Below are positions 13,620-24,944 of a stretch of DNA of 64,000 bases, piece by piece. The position numbers and the translations under genes were made by a program. This DNA is from Nageia nagi. Its lineage: Eukaryota; Plantae; Pinophyta. Position 1 is the first letter of the stretch, and the number at the start of each line of letters is the position of its first letter. The notes below the pieces were generated by a model. That model did no database searches. It was given only the letters and a program-made list of their open reading frames with translations, and was not told the DNA's origin. Where the stretch lies: contig JBITNC010000002.1 of NCBI GenBank assembly GCA_050084985.1, forward strand, positions 12,152,001 to 12,216,000, in the 5' to 3' direction.

Positions 13620-16600
13620 TCAAACTTCACTCCCTCTTAAAGGCAACTTCACCAACATAATAACATCTCTAAGCTTACAAAATTGAGCTTTAGGAAGGGG
13701 TTTGGTGAATAAATCAATAGAGTTTAAGGTGAATGGATAATACTCCAAGTGTATGATACCATCAAGAACCTTATCCCTGATAAAATAAGCATGGATTTTC
13801 ATATGTTTTATTCTCTGATAGAACACTAGAGTCTTAACCAAAGAAATAGTTAACTTTCAGAATATGCCTTAGCCAAATAGCTTTCTATGCTATAATAGAA
13901 GTGGCTTGGTAGTCAACTTCTATAGTAGAAAAGAAATAGTAGGTTGCTTCTTGAAAGTTCAAGAGATAGCACTTGAACTAATGCTAAAAATATATGTAAA
14001 GGTTGATTTTCTATTATCTCTCTCTCCTCCCTAGTCAAAATCTAAGAACCTTGAGAGAACAAATGAGGGCCACGTAAAATACTTGAAAGTAAGATCTTTT
14101 ATCCCTACAACATAATTCAAGATTTGCTTAACAATATTGAGATGCTCAATATAAGGTTTTTACATGAATCATGCCATCAGATTCATTACAAAGGTAATAT
14201 TTGACCTATAAATAGTCAAATATAAAAGACTACAAATTAATTACCTGTAAGCTGTAGCATCAGCCAACTGAGAGTTAGCTAAAAGAAATAGTGATTTTAG
14301 GAGAGATTAAGATCACAACATGTCTACACTCCTCCATTCTAAACTTTTATAAGATGTATGATATATACTTAGATTGACTAAGATAGGTACAATCTTTGTA
14401 TTGATACACTTACATTCCAAAGTAGTAGTGCAAGAGACCAAGATTAATCATTTCAAACATTGCCTTGAGTTTGGATATGCACTCTTGAATAATTTTATCA
14501 TTATTTTTAGTAATTAGAAGATCATCCATATAAAGGAGAATTAATACCATGTCTTTTCTTTGATTTAGTATATATAGATCGAAGTTAGAGAAGCATTTAA
14601 AGAATCCAATGTCTGTAAAGTATCCTAAATTTTTTTTGCACTAGGCTCTAAGTGCTTGTTTAAATCCATACAATGACTTCTTTAGTTTTCACATAAAAGA
14701 CTCTTTGCCTTCCATAATAAACCCTTCTAGTTGATTCATAAAAATTTCTACATTTAAATCACCATTGAAAAATGCTCTTTTGACATCAAGTTGAAAAAAT
14801 TTTCATCTTTGAGCTGCAGAAAGAATAAGAATAATTTTGATAGGAGGCATCTTTACCATGGGAGCAAAGGTTTCTTCATAATCTACATCATATTTCTAAG
14901 TAAAACCTTGAGCTACTAACCTTGCCTTATATTTTTCAATATCTTCAACTGAATTATACTTGACCTTGTAGATATACTTATTGCCAGTCACATTCTTCTC
15001 ATTGAGATAAGGAACCAAGTCCCAAGTTTCAAATTTTATAAGCATATTATATTCCACTTTCATGGCTTCCACCTAGCACTCATGCTTTGAAGCTTCTTTG
15101 AAAGATGAGGCCTCACACTTATTGTTAATTTAAATAAATAAGGATTTATTTAAGGTCATGCTCCTAGTTACCCTTTATGTTGAAGAATTTTGCTTCTAAG
15201 GTGACTTATTTACATTAATATCCAACTAGCTAGATGCAACTGATGAATCATTTGGATCATCGACATCCTCATTAGAAGCAAATTCTTCAAGAAGTTTATT
15301 GAACTTTACATCTCTAAAAATAAACACTCCTTTATAGGATGAAGAGTAGAACCTATAGCCTCTATAATGATTATCATAGCCCATGAAGATGCATTTTTTA
15401 GCTTTTTTATTTAATTTTTTTTTTTTTAGAAATAATGTAAGAGAATGCTTCACAACCAAACACTATAAGATGTGAAATGTTAAATTTTCTACCTGACCAT
15501 GCCTTAAAAAGAGTTTTACTCTTAACAACTTTTATAAGACACTTATTCAAGGTGTAAATAGCAATGCTCACAACTTCACCCCATAAGAAACTAAGAAGAT
15601 TACTCAACATGCATCTAATTATTTCTATTATTATCTTATTTTTTCTTCCAATAACACCATTTTGTTGAAGAGTGTATGAAATTGTAAGCTACCTTTTGAT
15701 TCCTTACTTAATGCAATAGATATTCAACTCATTGCTATTATATTCTTTCCAATTATCTGATCTCAACATCTTGATTCTAAGGTTAATTTGATTTTCAATT
15801 AAGGCTTTAAAATTCTTAAAACTCTCAAAGGTTTGATCCTTATGCTTAAGAAGATAGCCAAAATTCATCTTATTGAAGTCATTGATGAAATTCAAGATAT
15901 AAGATGCTCTTTCAAGTGACTTAGTTTGAAATAGACCCATCAAATCTGAATGCATAAGTTAAAAAGGTTGAGATGCTCTTTTTGCTTTTATTTTTCAAAC
16001 CTTCATCTATTCATCTTATCTAAGATGCATTTCTCACATAAACTAATTGAAGGCAAACTTTTTATAAGTTTTTGATTTTTCATGACTTGAATACTCTTAT
16101 GGTTAAAGTGCTCTAAACTTGATGCCAAAGATTGCCTCTAAAACACATATTTGTTGCAAAACACATCTTTGTTAGAACTTGATCCATAATGTAGAGATCA
16201 TCTTTCACTGATTCTTTAACTAATGTGGTAAGCCCTTTCTCCATGCACCAAGATTAAGAGTCGAACTTAAAAGAATACCTTTTTCGTACAACTTGAATCA
16301 TAGAGAAAATATTCATCCTAAGCTTAAGAATATAGAACACATTTTCAAGAACCTTCTCATGAATCAACACACTTTTAATTCCTTAGATTTCAAAGATAGA
16401 ATTATCACCTATCATAATTGCATCATTTCCATACTTATAAAAAATTTTAAATTTATATTTTTCAAAGCATAGATGATTAGTGCAACCAGAGTCAACAATC
16501 CAATCAATCGAAAAAGTATGATTCATGGAGTAAACTGCAATAGTAAACCCAGCTTTTATATTCTTCTTTCTTTTGAAATTTTTTACATTTTTATTACCCT

Positions 16601-17485
16601 TGTACTTTTCTTCTCTTTTCTTTTTGTAGTAATTAGTTTCTTTGTGACTATGGATGTCACAAAAGCTACAATTTCCATCAAAATTTACCTTAAGATTTGG
16701 TTTGCTTACCTTACCTTTTTCATTTTTTTGCTTGAAATGGTTATTGTTACCATTATTATTGCTATTATTGTAGTTACCCTTTTTCTCAAAAATTTTGGAG
16801 AAAGAAGGATATGATTTTTTATAATGATTGAACTTCTTCGTCAAAGGAGTTTTGGTTGCTCCTAAAGAAACATTATTATCTTTTGAAGAAGATATCAACA
16901 CCTTTTTATTAAGAGTTTTCTCATGCTTCAAAAGGAACCTAGAAAGGTTCTCAAGGAAGAAGACTTCTTCTTCATCATCAAGCTTAGTTTTAATTACCTT
17001 CACTAAGTTACCAAACTTTGAAGAAAGGCTTTGGAGAATGATGAAGACCATGAACTCATTATTAATCTAATTGCATCTATAAGTAATAAGTTGGATCCTT
17101 AGGTCAATGATGTTATTCAAGTATATGGTTACATTTTTATCTTCCCCTTTGATGAGATTGAAGTAAATTTTAGAGAATAGTAAATCTTCTAGAAAACTTT
17201 GATCCAAGGTAGATTTGGTTAAGCTTATCTTAAGCTTTTTTTGTTGAGATTGAAGTTGAAATTCATCATGAGCACATCATATGAAATTGCATGAAAAATC
17301 ATAGAAGTTACCAATTTATTCTTCATGTTGTAGGCCTCAAGTGCCTTCTTATTAGGAGGAGCAACAAGGTTCTCATTCATAATTTGCCAAAGCTTCCTTA
17401 CGTACAACTCAGCTCTCATCTGAGGTTCCCAAACTTCAAATTTGAAACCATCAAGAATGTGTTTGGGTAAAAAAATGTCTCCTAT
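13620..17485 (-). pseudogene. copia gag-pol pseudogene (copy 2)
   Basis: Zn knuckle CSFCDIHSHKETNY, WIVDSGCTNHLC, integrase HSDLMG..FINDFNK..IKMLRSDN, RNaseH KHMKIHAYFIRDK..DLFTKPL..LRGSEV. Start codon mutated to ATA at 17485. Confidence 0.93.
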
Positions 17486-17598
17486 TTGCTACATAAGAAT
17501 ATGAAAATAATAAATATGGTTTATAAAATAATATTACATGGTTTAGATTTAATCCAAGTAAATCAACTATACATGTTAAATTTAGTAAAAGAACATGC

Positions 17599-18160
17599 TT
17601 AATTTGTTTCACAAGTGCAAATATTTTACAACGCAAATATATATCCCATGTACCCAAATACTTTTCTCATCACTAAGAATCAGAGTAGAATGACATTGTT
17701 GAAGCTTATTTTTTAATCTAAAATAAGGCCTTCACCTAAATGCTCGCAAAGTGGAGTCCCGGTACTATCAATCTTCAACCAGTTCACCTTGGTCAGTATT
17801 ATATTCACATAAGAAGAAGTACCTACTATTTTTCAAAGTTATGACATATTTGATTGGCCAAATTAGTAATGTTGATTAGGTTTCAAGTTGTCCTCCTAGG
17901 TTATCAAGATAATCTCTGAATAGATATGCATACATGTGGTATCACTACACACATGCTTGTTCACCTATTGGAGTTATGTCCAAATCAATAGAAGAATTAA
18001 AGGTAATTGAGAAGTACAAACTTTTCACCATTTGGATCGTTAGACTAAAGGTTCTAGTCTATCTGTCCTCACCTCATGGCTTCCCAAGCAAATCATATTG
18101 CAGAATGTATGTGTAGATGCGTTTATTTTAAAGGGTTGCTCATTTCAATGTTTATGATTT
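17599..18160 (-). pseudogene. Decayed ~190-codon exon upstream of gag (copy 2)
   Basis: Reverse complement aligns with 1431-2002 and keeps CAG/CAA at two positions where copy 1 has TAA. Intron-like segment 17598-17489 (GCATGT...TGTAG). Confidence 0.5.
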
Positions 18161-19259
18161 TTTTATAAGTAAATAAAGCAAAATACGAAACATGAAGTAA
18201 AAGAGCATAAGTAAAAAAAATCATCCATTTGTAATTTTTAAAACCTAAGAGTCCAACAGGTTTTGTTTACAACTTCTAAAGGACATCTTTACATCATTCC
18301 TTATTTGCACAAGTCCATTCCATATTTTGCATAATAAAAAAGAAAAAATAGAAAGTCATTAAATGCATCTTAACTTAAAAAAAAATTAAGTAATAAACAT
18401 GCATCTTTCATAAAAGATTTTAAGTAATAAGCATGCATTATCTATAAAATATTTAAAATTTTAAACATGCATCATTCCTACTCAAGAACTAGTCCATTCA
18501 TAAGAATTTAAAGCAAACACTTTAAAAGGCATGCATCATTTCTTTAACTTAAAAAAATTAAGTAAGAAGTATGCATCTTTTAAACAATGAGTAATATCTA
18601 AGAAATTTAAAGTAATACACATTCCATATTTTGACATAAAGATTTTAAGTAAAAAATCATATAGAATTTTTTCCATTTTTTTACTTAAAAGAATGATCTC
18701 ATAAAAAAAAATAGCATTAAAAAGTTTTGCACTAGTGTCTTTAATTACTTTTAAGTAAGATGAGAAGAAAATGCTGATATTTTGACATTTCAGAAATTGC
18801 ATTTGTACCTAAGTAAATGCAATTTAAGTAGAACAAAAAATATTCTAAGATTAATGTTAAGAAGTATCTTGCAACTTCAAAGTGTAAAATTACAATTTTT
18901 TTTTTTGCCATTATCTAATAACCTCAAAAGTATTCCTCTATTTTTACTTAAAAATATTTAAGTAAAAAAAAAGCATTGAGCATTTCACCAACAAACTTAA
19001 ATGTTTAGAAAAAATTACATGTAAAACATTAAAAAATTAATACAAACAAAAAAATCATTCCAAAATGCTTTTAATGCAATTCATGATGAAAATATGGAGT
19101 ATAGAGTATACGTTTGTTTCATTTGATGAACATTAATTACTTACTCACCAGCTATTCCTATTAAATGCATCTACCCATTTCATACTGAAAAGCACTCCAT
19201 GCAAGTAGAGCATATTAAAAAAAAGGCTTTTATGGCTAAAGAAAAAAAAAAGAGAGAGA

Positions 19260-19760
19260 ACCAGAATGTATCAAGGGAGTGGGCAAGGGCGGTTGTTTAG
19301 TGATGGGGTGGCGAAAGCAAGCGTCAACAACTGGCCATTTAGAGGAGGATCAGACCAGGTGGAGATAGACAGGCCACGAGGGCTATTTAGAGCAGTGGCG
19401 ACCAGGTGGAGAGGAGGGACTAGCCGCGGAGGTCGCAAGCTGAGTGGCAACCAGGTGGAGAGGAGGGATTAGCTGCAGATGGCGAAGGGGCCGCAACTGC
19501 GCAGCGCGTGGGAGAAAATGCAATAAAGGGCGATGCTCGAGGAGAGCCAAGGAGGGTGCCACGAAGGTAGAATGACGAAAGGGCCACAGGTGCACAGCAC
19601 ATGAGAGGCTGTTGTCGACACCAAGTGGTTGCAAGATCCAAGTTTCAAACCAAACTGAAGGCTTGTACCTATGTAGGAAGAGGTGTTGCAGAGCATGATG
19701 GGACCTCCAAACGGTCATAAGGCAGAGGGGAGGAGATGGCATCCAACAAGGACAGCCACT
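19260..19760 (-). promoter_or_regulatory. GC/CpG-rich island inside the copia 5' leader (candidate internal promoter or first exon)
   Basis: About 20 CpGs in 500 bp, versus almost none in the rest of the element. Followed on the minus strand by a GTGAGT donor at 19148. Confidence 0.45.
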
Positions 19761-20097
19761 AAGAAATTTCCAAAAGGAAATTGTATTAAACCTAAGGTTT
19801 ACAAAAATATATATTTTTTATTTTAATACTAAGTATATAAATCTTTCTGTTAGAGAAAAAAATTTCTACGCCTCCTTTTTTTTTTGCAAAAAGATATAAA
19901 AATAAATATATATATTTTTTTGAAAAAGTAAACAAATTAATATGTAAATATTGCAAAATTTGTAAATAAAGTCCTCTTCTCTTTTTTTACTTTTAGTTGG
20001 TAAAAAATGATTAAAAACATATTTGAAACAAATTGTAATATTGTATACCAAAAAATTGCTTTTTTTATTGAGATTTTGCATGTAAATTTGAAAGAAA

Positions 20098-20100
<3 letters not shown>

Positions 20101-20128
<28 letters not shown>
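20101..20128. repeat. A-run plus (TA)n microsatellite
   Basis: aaaaaatatatatatatatatatatata. Confidence 0.9.
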
Positions 20129-20460
20129 TTTTAACTCAAACTTTTGATATAGTAAAACCTTCAAAAAATTAAGTATATGCAAAATTATAGCAATATAATA
20201 GGCAATTTTAAAAGTTGCAACTAACAATAAGATATGTTAGTATAAAAAAAATGCAACAAAATATATTGCTATTTTAAGCAAATTTGTCATAAACAAGGAC
20301 TAACATAACACAAAATATGTAAGTAATCCAAGACAAAGTGAAGTAAGATTATACTTTGAATCACTTTTACCTCACAATGAAATGAATGATAAAGAATGAG
20401 GACCTCCAAGTTGAAGATGGAGAGCCTCAACACCAAAGATGTGAAGAGGAGCCTCCAAGG

Positions 20461-20473
20461 AGCTTTGATACCA
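20461..20473 (-). other. Primer-binding site (initiator tRNA-Met)
   Basis: Minus strand TGGTATCAAAGCT, 2 nt after the 5' LTR end (consensus TGGTATCAGAGC). Confidence 0.9.
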
Positions 20474-20475
20474 AA

Positions 20476-20977
20476 TGTGAAAGTTGCAATATAAACTAAA
20501 CAACTCTATACTACCAAGATTTCATGAAAGCACACAATTCACATCTAAATAACTCTAAGAAGACAATCTCACAAAGATAACTCAAAATGTAAGTGGTTCC
20601 TCCAACTAAGAGTACATCCACTAACTAGATCTCACTTCATTCACAAATATTAACTCTTACAATTCTTCTATTTTCATCTCTTAAAAACTATCCTTTAACA
20701 TAATTTTATTCCACAAATTGGTGTGTGATACAAAGAGGGAGCCTTCTATTTATAGGCAAAAATCCTTCTTTGGATCACCATTTTACCCAAATATACAAAG
20801 ACATGACATGCAACACCCTTTTACCCAAGGGGCATGCTCATGACATGGAGTGTATGACAATTTACATTATCATATTCACTTAAATACTTAGGTATCTAAT
20901 GATACCCTTAAGTATTAGTGAATTTACAAAGATGATTATTATAAAACCTTTACAATAATGCATTATACATTCCAACA
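20476..20977 (-). repeat. 5' LTR of copia copy 2
   Basis: TGTTGG...TTCACA on the minus strand, with the PBS and TSD adjacent. Confidence 0.95.
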
Positions 20978-22030
20978 ATCCATGGCTGAAACACTCAAAT
21001 TCAAATATCAAATAACTCCCAAAACCCTAGGGTTTTTAGTATAAGAAGAAAACTCTAAAAATGATAAACTCTACAACAAGTGCTAAGCCCTAAGAAACTT
21101 AGGTTGAATTCACTAATTTGTAGATACTTAAAAAAGAGACTAAATAATCAAATAAATATAAGTATCTCATGCGCCTACTAGTTATTTGATAATAAAAGAT
21201 ATAATAATATAGAAACATAGTTAAATATTTAACTGCTAAGAACAATAAAAAAATGACAAAGATAAGAAATGCCCTAGCTATTTGATCAAACCTTGCTTAT
21301 CAAGATCATAATTAAGTGAATGTACATGTCATTCTTACCTATATTGATGATCAAATCCTAGCAGTAAGCTTGACACATCAAGACTCCATAGGCAAGGTCT
21401 GAGCTACAATGTCCTCACTTCACAAGCATTGGTGCTAGGGCTTTTAAGTTACTGAGGCATACTACTTGTACTCCAAAACCTCAAAAAATGTTGTGAAAAA
21501 GATTCATTGCATCTAGACCTACAAGGGTAAACTTATCCTAGCAAACAAAGTTAAAAGATTGATGACAAAGCTTGAATGGTATGGAAAAATTTAGGTCTTC
21601 ATAGGTGGTGGTAAGAACCACCAATTACATTCAATATTAAAGAATAAAAATTATGTAGGTGAGAACTATCAAAGTCTGATAGTTATCTTATGTGCACATG
21701 TCCTCTTTAAATAGGCAAGTTTCCTCATAGCCAAGTTATCCTGCTTAGCCTTCCTTGATCCTTGCAATACAAAAGAATAAAATATATGATTATTGCACCT
21801 CCTTCTCCAACTCTACACTCTATAATTGTACAAGATTCCTAAAAAATAGTTCAATACCATAACTCTTAGTATTAAAAAACAAGGCTTTCACAAATACCCC
21901 ATCAATACAATTAGGCAATTACGTTCATTTGACAATATGATGTCAGCAACCACAACATTGCCTATTTTTGTACAGATATTTAATAACACTTTTTTTGTGC
22001 AAGACTCTTTAGATCTTGCATTACTTTGCA

Positions 22031-22321
22031 TCACAAATAATCTCCACAAGAACATTCTCCATGTTTGAAATGATGTAAGAATCAGTTTGCATCCCTCACA
22101 ACAAAGTCCCTTTCAACAATCTTGGAGATAAACTTGGTTGCAGTATGGCAGTCATCGCATATTCGAAGGTTCTTCACAACTCTAATAACGGTCCCAGGGG
22201 TATTCTTTAACAACCTGAACGCAATTGCCAACTTTTCGCTATGCTGGCAGAGAAGCATTTCTTTTTTGTCAGCCTCCACATCACGCAACACATGTACTGT
22301 ATTTGGAATATACCCCGCCAC
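22031..22321 (-). pseudogene. Detached, decayed DYW cytidine-deaminase domain of the PPR gene
   Basis: AGYIP..HSEKLAIAF..VVKNLRICDDCH..RDAN*FLHHFKHGECSCGDYL*. Out of frame with the PPR ORF, TGA where the conserved Arg is expected, and terminal DYL instead of DYW. Confidence 0.93.
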
Positions 22322-24944
22322 TAGACAATTTCTTCAATTTTCCATAAATCTCCTGTGTTTGTGGGTGTGATCTGTCCCCTACAAGAAAAGCGTGTACCCT
22401 TTTGTCAACTTCAATCCAACTACATCCAGGTGTCTTCTTGATTCCTCTATCCGTTATCAATATCCTTACTCTTTGAACATCATCCCAGCTGCCCAATTCA
22501 GCATAAATATTTGAAAGAAGAACATAAGATGGAGCATATTCAGGCTCCGACAAAAAAAGGATTGTTGCCACAAATTCACCTATTCCTACATTCTTATATG
22601 ATCTACAAGCACCAAGCAGACACATCCACACATCAAATTCAGGTTTTATGGGCATCTTGAGAGTGAAGTTCAAAGCTTCCTCAAGATAGCCTGCACGGCC
22701 AAGAAGGTCAACAATGCATGTATAATGATTCATCCCAGGAACAATGCAATAACAGTCACTCATGTTATTAAAGTATTTACAGCCCTCATCCACTAGACCT
22801 GCATGGCTGCATGCAAGTAGAACACATACAAAGGTTATGCTGTTAGGGTTGGTTCCCCAGAGCTTCATTAGATCAAAGAGTTTAAGGGCATCCTTGCTGT
22901 AGCCATGAATTGCATATCCTCCAATCATTGCATTCCATGAAACTGTGTTTGTATCATGCTCCTTGTCAAACAATTTTCGGGCCCTGCGTATTCTTCCACA
23001 TTTTGCATACATGTCTATCAGGGCACTCACAACCACAACATTCGATGCAAAACCATTTTCAACTACTCTTTGATGGATGTCCATACCTTCTTCTAGAGCT
23101 CCCATGGTCGCACAAGCTGGAAGAATGCTGGCAAAGGTTACAGAGTTTGGATTTACATCTGACAATTGCATCTTCTTAAAAGTCTCTAGAGCCTTTTCAT
23201 AAAACCCGTTTTGTGTATATCCTCCGATCATTGCATTCCATGAGACTGCATTTCGATGAGGCATTTTGTCAAACAATTCAAAAGCCCTTTCAAGGTAACC
23301 GTTTTGTGCATATCCTGCGATCATCGCAGTCCATGAAAATGTGTCTGCATCATGCATCTTGTCAAACAATTCCTGGGCCTCGTGTATTTTTCCACATTTT
23401 GCATACATGTCTATCAGGGCATTCATAACCACAATATTCGATGAGAAACCATTTTCAACTACTCTTTGATAGATGTCCATACCTTCTTCTAGAGCTCCCA
23501 TGGTGGCACATGTTGAAAGAATGCTAGCAAATGTTGTCGACTCTGGCTTTACTCCTAACAATTGCATCTGCTTAAAAGTCTGTAGAGCCTTTTCAGAAAA
23601 TCCATTTTGTGCACATCCTGCGATCATTGCATTCCATGAGACTGCGTTTCGATGAGGCATTTTGTGAAACAATTCACAGGCCCTTTCAACGTATCCGTTT
23701 TGTGAATATCCTGCGATCATTGCATTCCATGAGACTACATTTCGGTGAGGCATTTCATCAAACAATTCATGGGCTCTTTCAATGTATCCATTATGTGCAT
23801 ATCCTGAGATCATTGCATTCCATGAAACTGTGTCTGCATCATGCATCTTGTCAAACAACTCCCGGGCCTTATATATTCTTCCACATTTTGCATACATGTC
23901 TATCAGGGCATTCACAACCACAATATTCGATGAAATACCATTTTCAACTACCCTTTGATGGATGTCCATACCTTCTTCTAGAGCTCCCATGGTGGCACAT
24001 GCTGGAAGAATGCTGGCAAAGGTTACAGAGTTTGGTTTTACATCTGACAATTGCATCTGCTTGAAAGTCTCTAAGGCTTTTTCAGGAAATCCATTTTGTG
24101 CATATCCTGCGATCATTACAGTCCATGAAACTGTGTCCGCGTTATGCATTTTGTCAAACAACTCACAGGCCCTTTCAAGGTATCCATTTTGTGCGTATCC
24201 TGCGATCATTGCAGTCCACAAAACTGTGTCCGCATCATGCATCTTGTCAAACAATTCGCGTGCCTTTTCTACGCTTGCGCATTTTGCATACATGTCTACC
24301 AGGGCATTCATAACCACACCATGTGACAGAAATCCGCTTTTAAAGAGTTTTTGATGTATGTATACACCCTGTTGCAAATCTCCCAGTTTTGCGCATGCTT
24401 TGAGGACGCTGGGAAAGGTGAATTGATCTGATTGGACTACTGCCGCTGTTTGTTGTATTTGGTTAAACAGTGTCAATGCCTGTCGAGGAAAGCCATGTTT
24501 TTGGTAACCTAAAATTATCAAATTCCACGAGAAGATGTCTCGTTCAGTCATACAGTCGAAAACTTCGCGGGCGTCCGTCAAACTTCCGCTTTTGACATAC
24601 ATGTGGATAAGTCTGTTTTGCAGAAATTTGTGCGTTGAAGGGTCAAATTTAAGTCCGATGCGATTGATGAGTGAATGAAGGAGCTTGGCCTCTGGAAGGG
24701 CATTGTTGGCGATGCAGGTCTGCAGGAGTTGAAGACATGTTGAAGAGCGTAGAGTGTAGTGTGTGTCTGTATTTGTAGTATGCAAAATGTGCATTGCGTC
24801 CTTCAACTGCCCGTCTCGACAGAGTTGACTGAGAGTTATATTCATATCATTTTGGCGAGTAAGTGTTGAGATTGTATGATTGTTGTGAAAACAAAATACC
24901 ATCGCCTTCAAAATCGAAGGAGATGGAGGTGGTCTTATGGCCAT
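22281..24944 (-). CDS. PLS-class pentatricopeptide repeat protein (~21 PPR motifs + E1/E2 + PG box; effectively E+ type), putative organellar C-to-U editing specificity factor, 887 aa
   Basis: Intact intronless ORF with P/L/S/SS motifs (ALIDMYAKCG, VSWNAMIAGYAQNG), L2 LACSHAGLVDEG, S2 HYTCIVDLLGRAG, E2 YVLLSNIYA and PGCSWIEV..HP. CpG-rich 5' end. Confidence 0.95.
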   Translation of the reverse strand: MAIRPPPSPSILKAMVFCFHNNHTISTLTRQNDMNITLSQLCRDGQLKDAMHILHTTNTDTHYTLRSSTCLQLLQTCIANNALPEAKLLHSLINRIGLKFDPSTHKFLQNRLIHMYVKSGSLTDAREVFDCMTERDIFSWNLIILGYQKHGFPRQALTLFNQIQQTAAVVQSDQFTFPSVLKACAKLGDLQQGVYIHQKLFKSGFLSHGVVMNALVDMYAKCASVEKARELFDKMHDADTVLWTAMIAGYAQNGYLERACELFDKMHNADTVSWTVMIAGYAQNGFPEKALETFKQMQLSDVKPNSVTFASILPACATMGALEEGMDIHQRVVENGISSNIVVVNALIDMYAKCGRIYKARELFDKMHDADTVSWNAMISGYAHNGYIERAHELFDEMPHRNVVSWNAMIAGYSQNGYVERACELFHKMPHRNAVSWNAMIAGCAQNGFSEKALQTFKQMQLLGVKPESTTFASILSTCATMGALEEGMDIYQRVVENGFSSNIVVMNALIDMYAKCGKIHEAQELFDKMHDADTFSWTAMIAGYAQNGYLERAFELFDKMPHRNAVSWNAMIGGYTQNGFYEKALETFKKMQLSDVNPNSVTFASILPACATMGALEEGMDIHQRVVENGFASNVVVVSALIDMYAKCGRIRRARKLFDKEHDTNTVSWNAMIGGYAIHGYSKDALKLFDLMKLWGTNPNSITFVCVLLACSHAGLVDEGCKYFNNMSDCYCIVPGMNHYTCIVDLLGRAGYLEEALNFTLKMPIKPEFDVWMCLLGACRSYKNVGIGEFVATILFLSEPEYAPSYVLLSNIYAELGSWDDVQRVRILITDRGIKKTPGCSWIEVDKRVHAFLVGDRSHPQTQEIYGKLKKLSSGGVYSKYSTCVA

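Larger units (their letters stand above)
12378..20977 (-). mobile_element. Structurally complete, decayed Ty1/copia LTR retrotransposon, copy 2 (8.6 kb)
   Basis: LTRs at 20476-20977 and 12378-12880. 5-bp TSD ATCCA at 12373-12377 and 20978-20982. PBS at 20473-20461, PPT at 12890-12881, gag-pol at 17485-13620. Confidence 0.97.

Noticed and set aside
19266-19742. Overlapping ORFs in the GC island as a gene
   Set aside because: Several frames are open simply because of GC content. No recognisable domain, and not evidently conserved in copy 1.
21021-21036. AAAACCCTAGGGTTTT telomere-like palindrome
   Set aside because: A single telo-box-like motif, common in plant TEs, and not an array.
22082-22084. 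TGA in the DYW domain repaired by U-to-C editing or readthrough
   Set aside because: This is a nuclear gene, CGA>TGA is the commonest methylation-driven mutation, and independent lesions accompany it.
22910-24354. Repetitive plus-strand ORFs (MHILRSLHSM...)
   Set aside because: Antisense shadows of the duplicated PPR modules.
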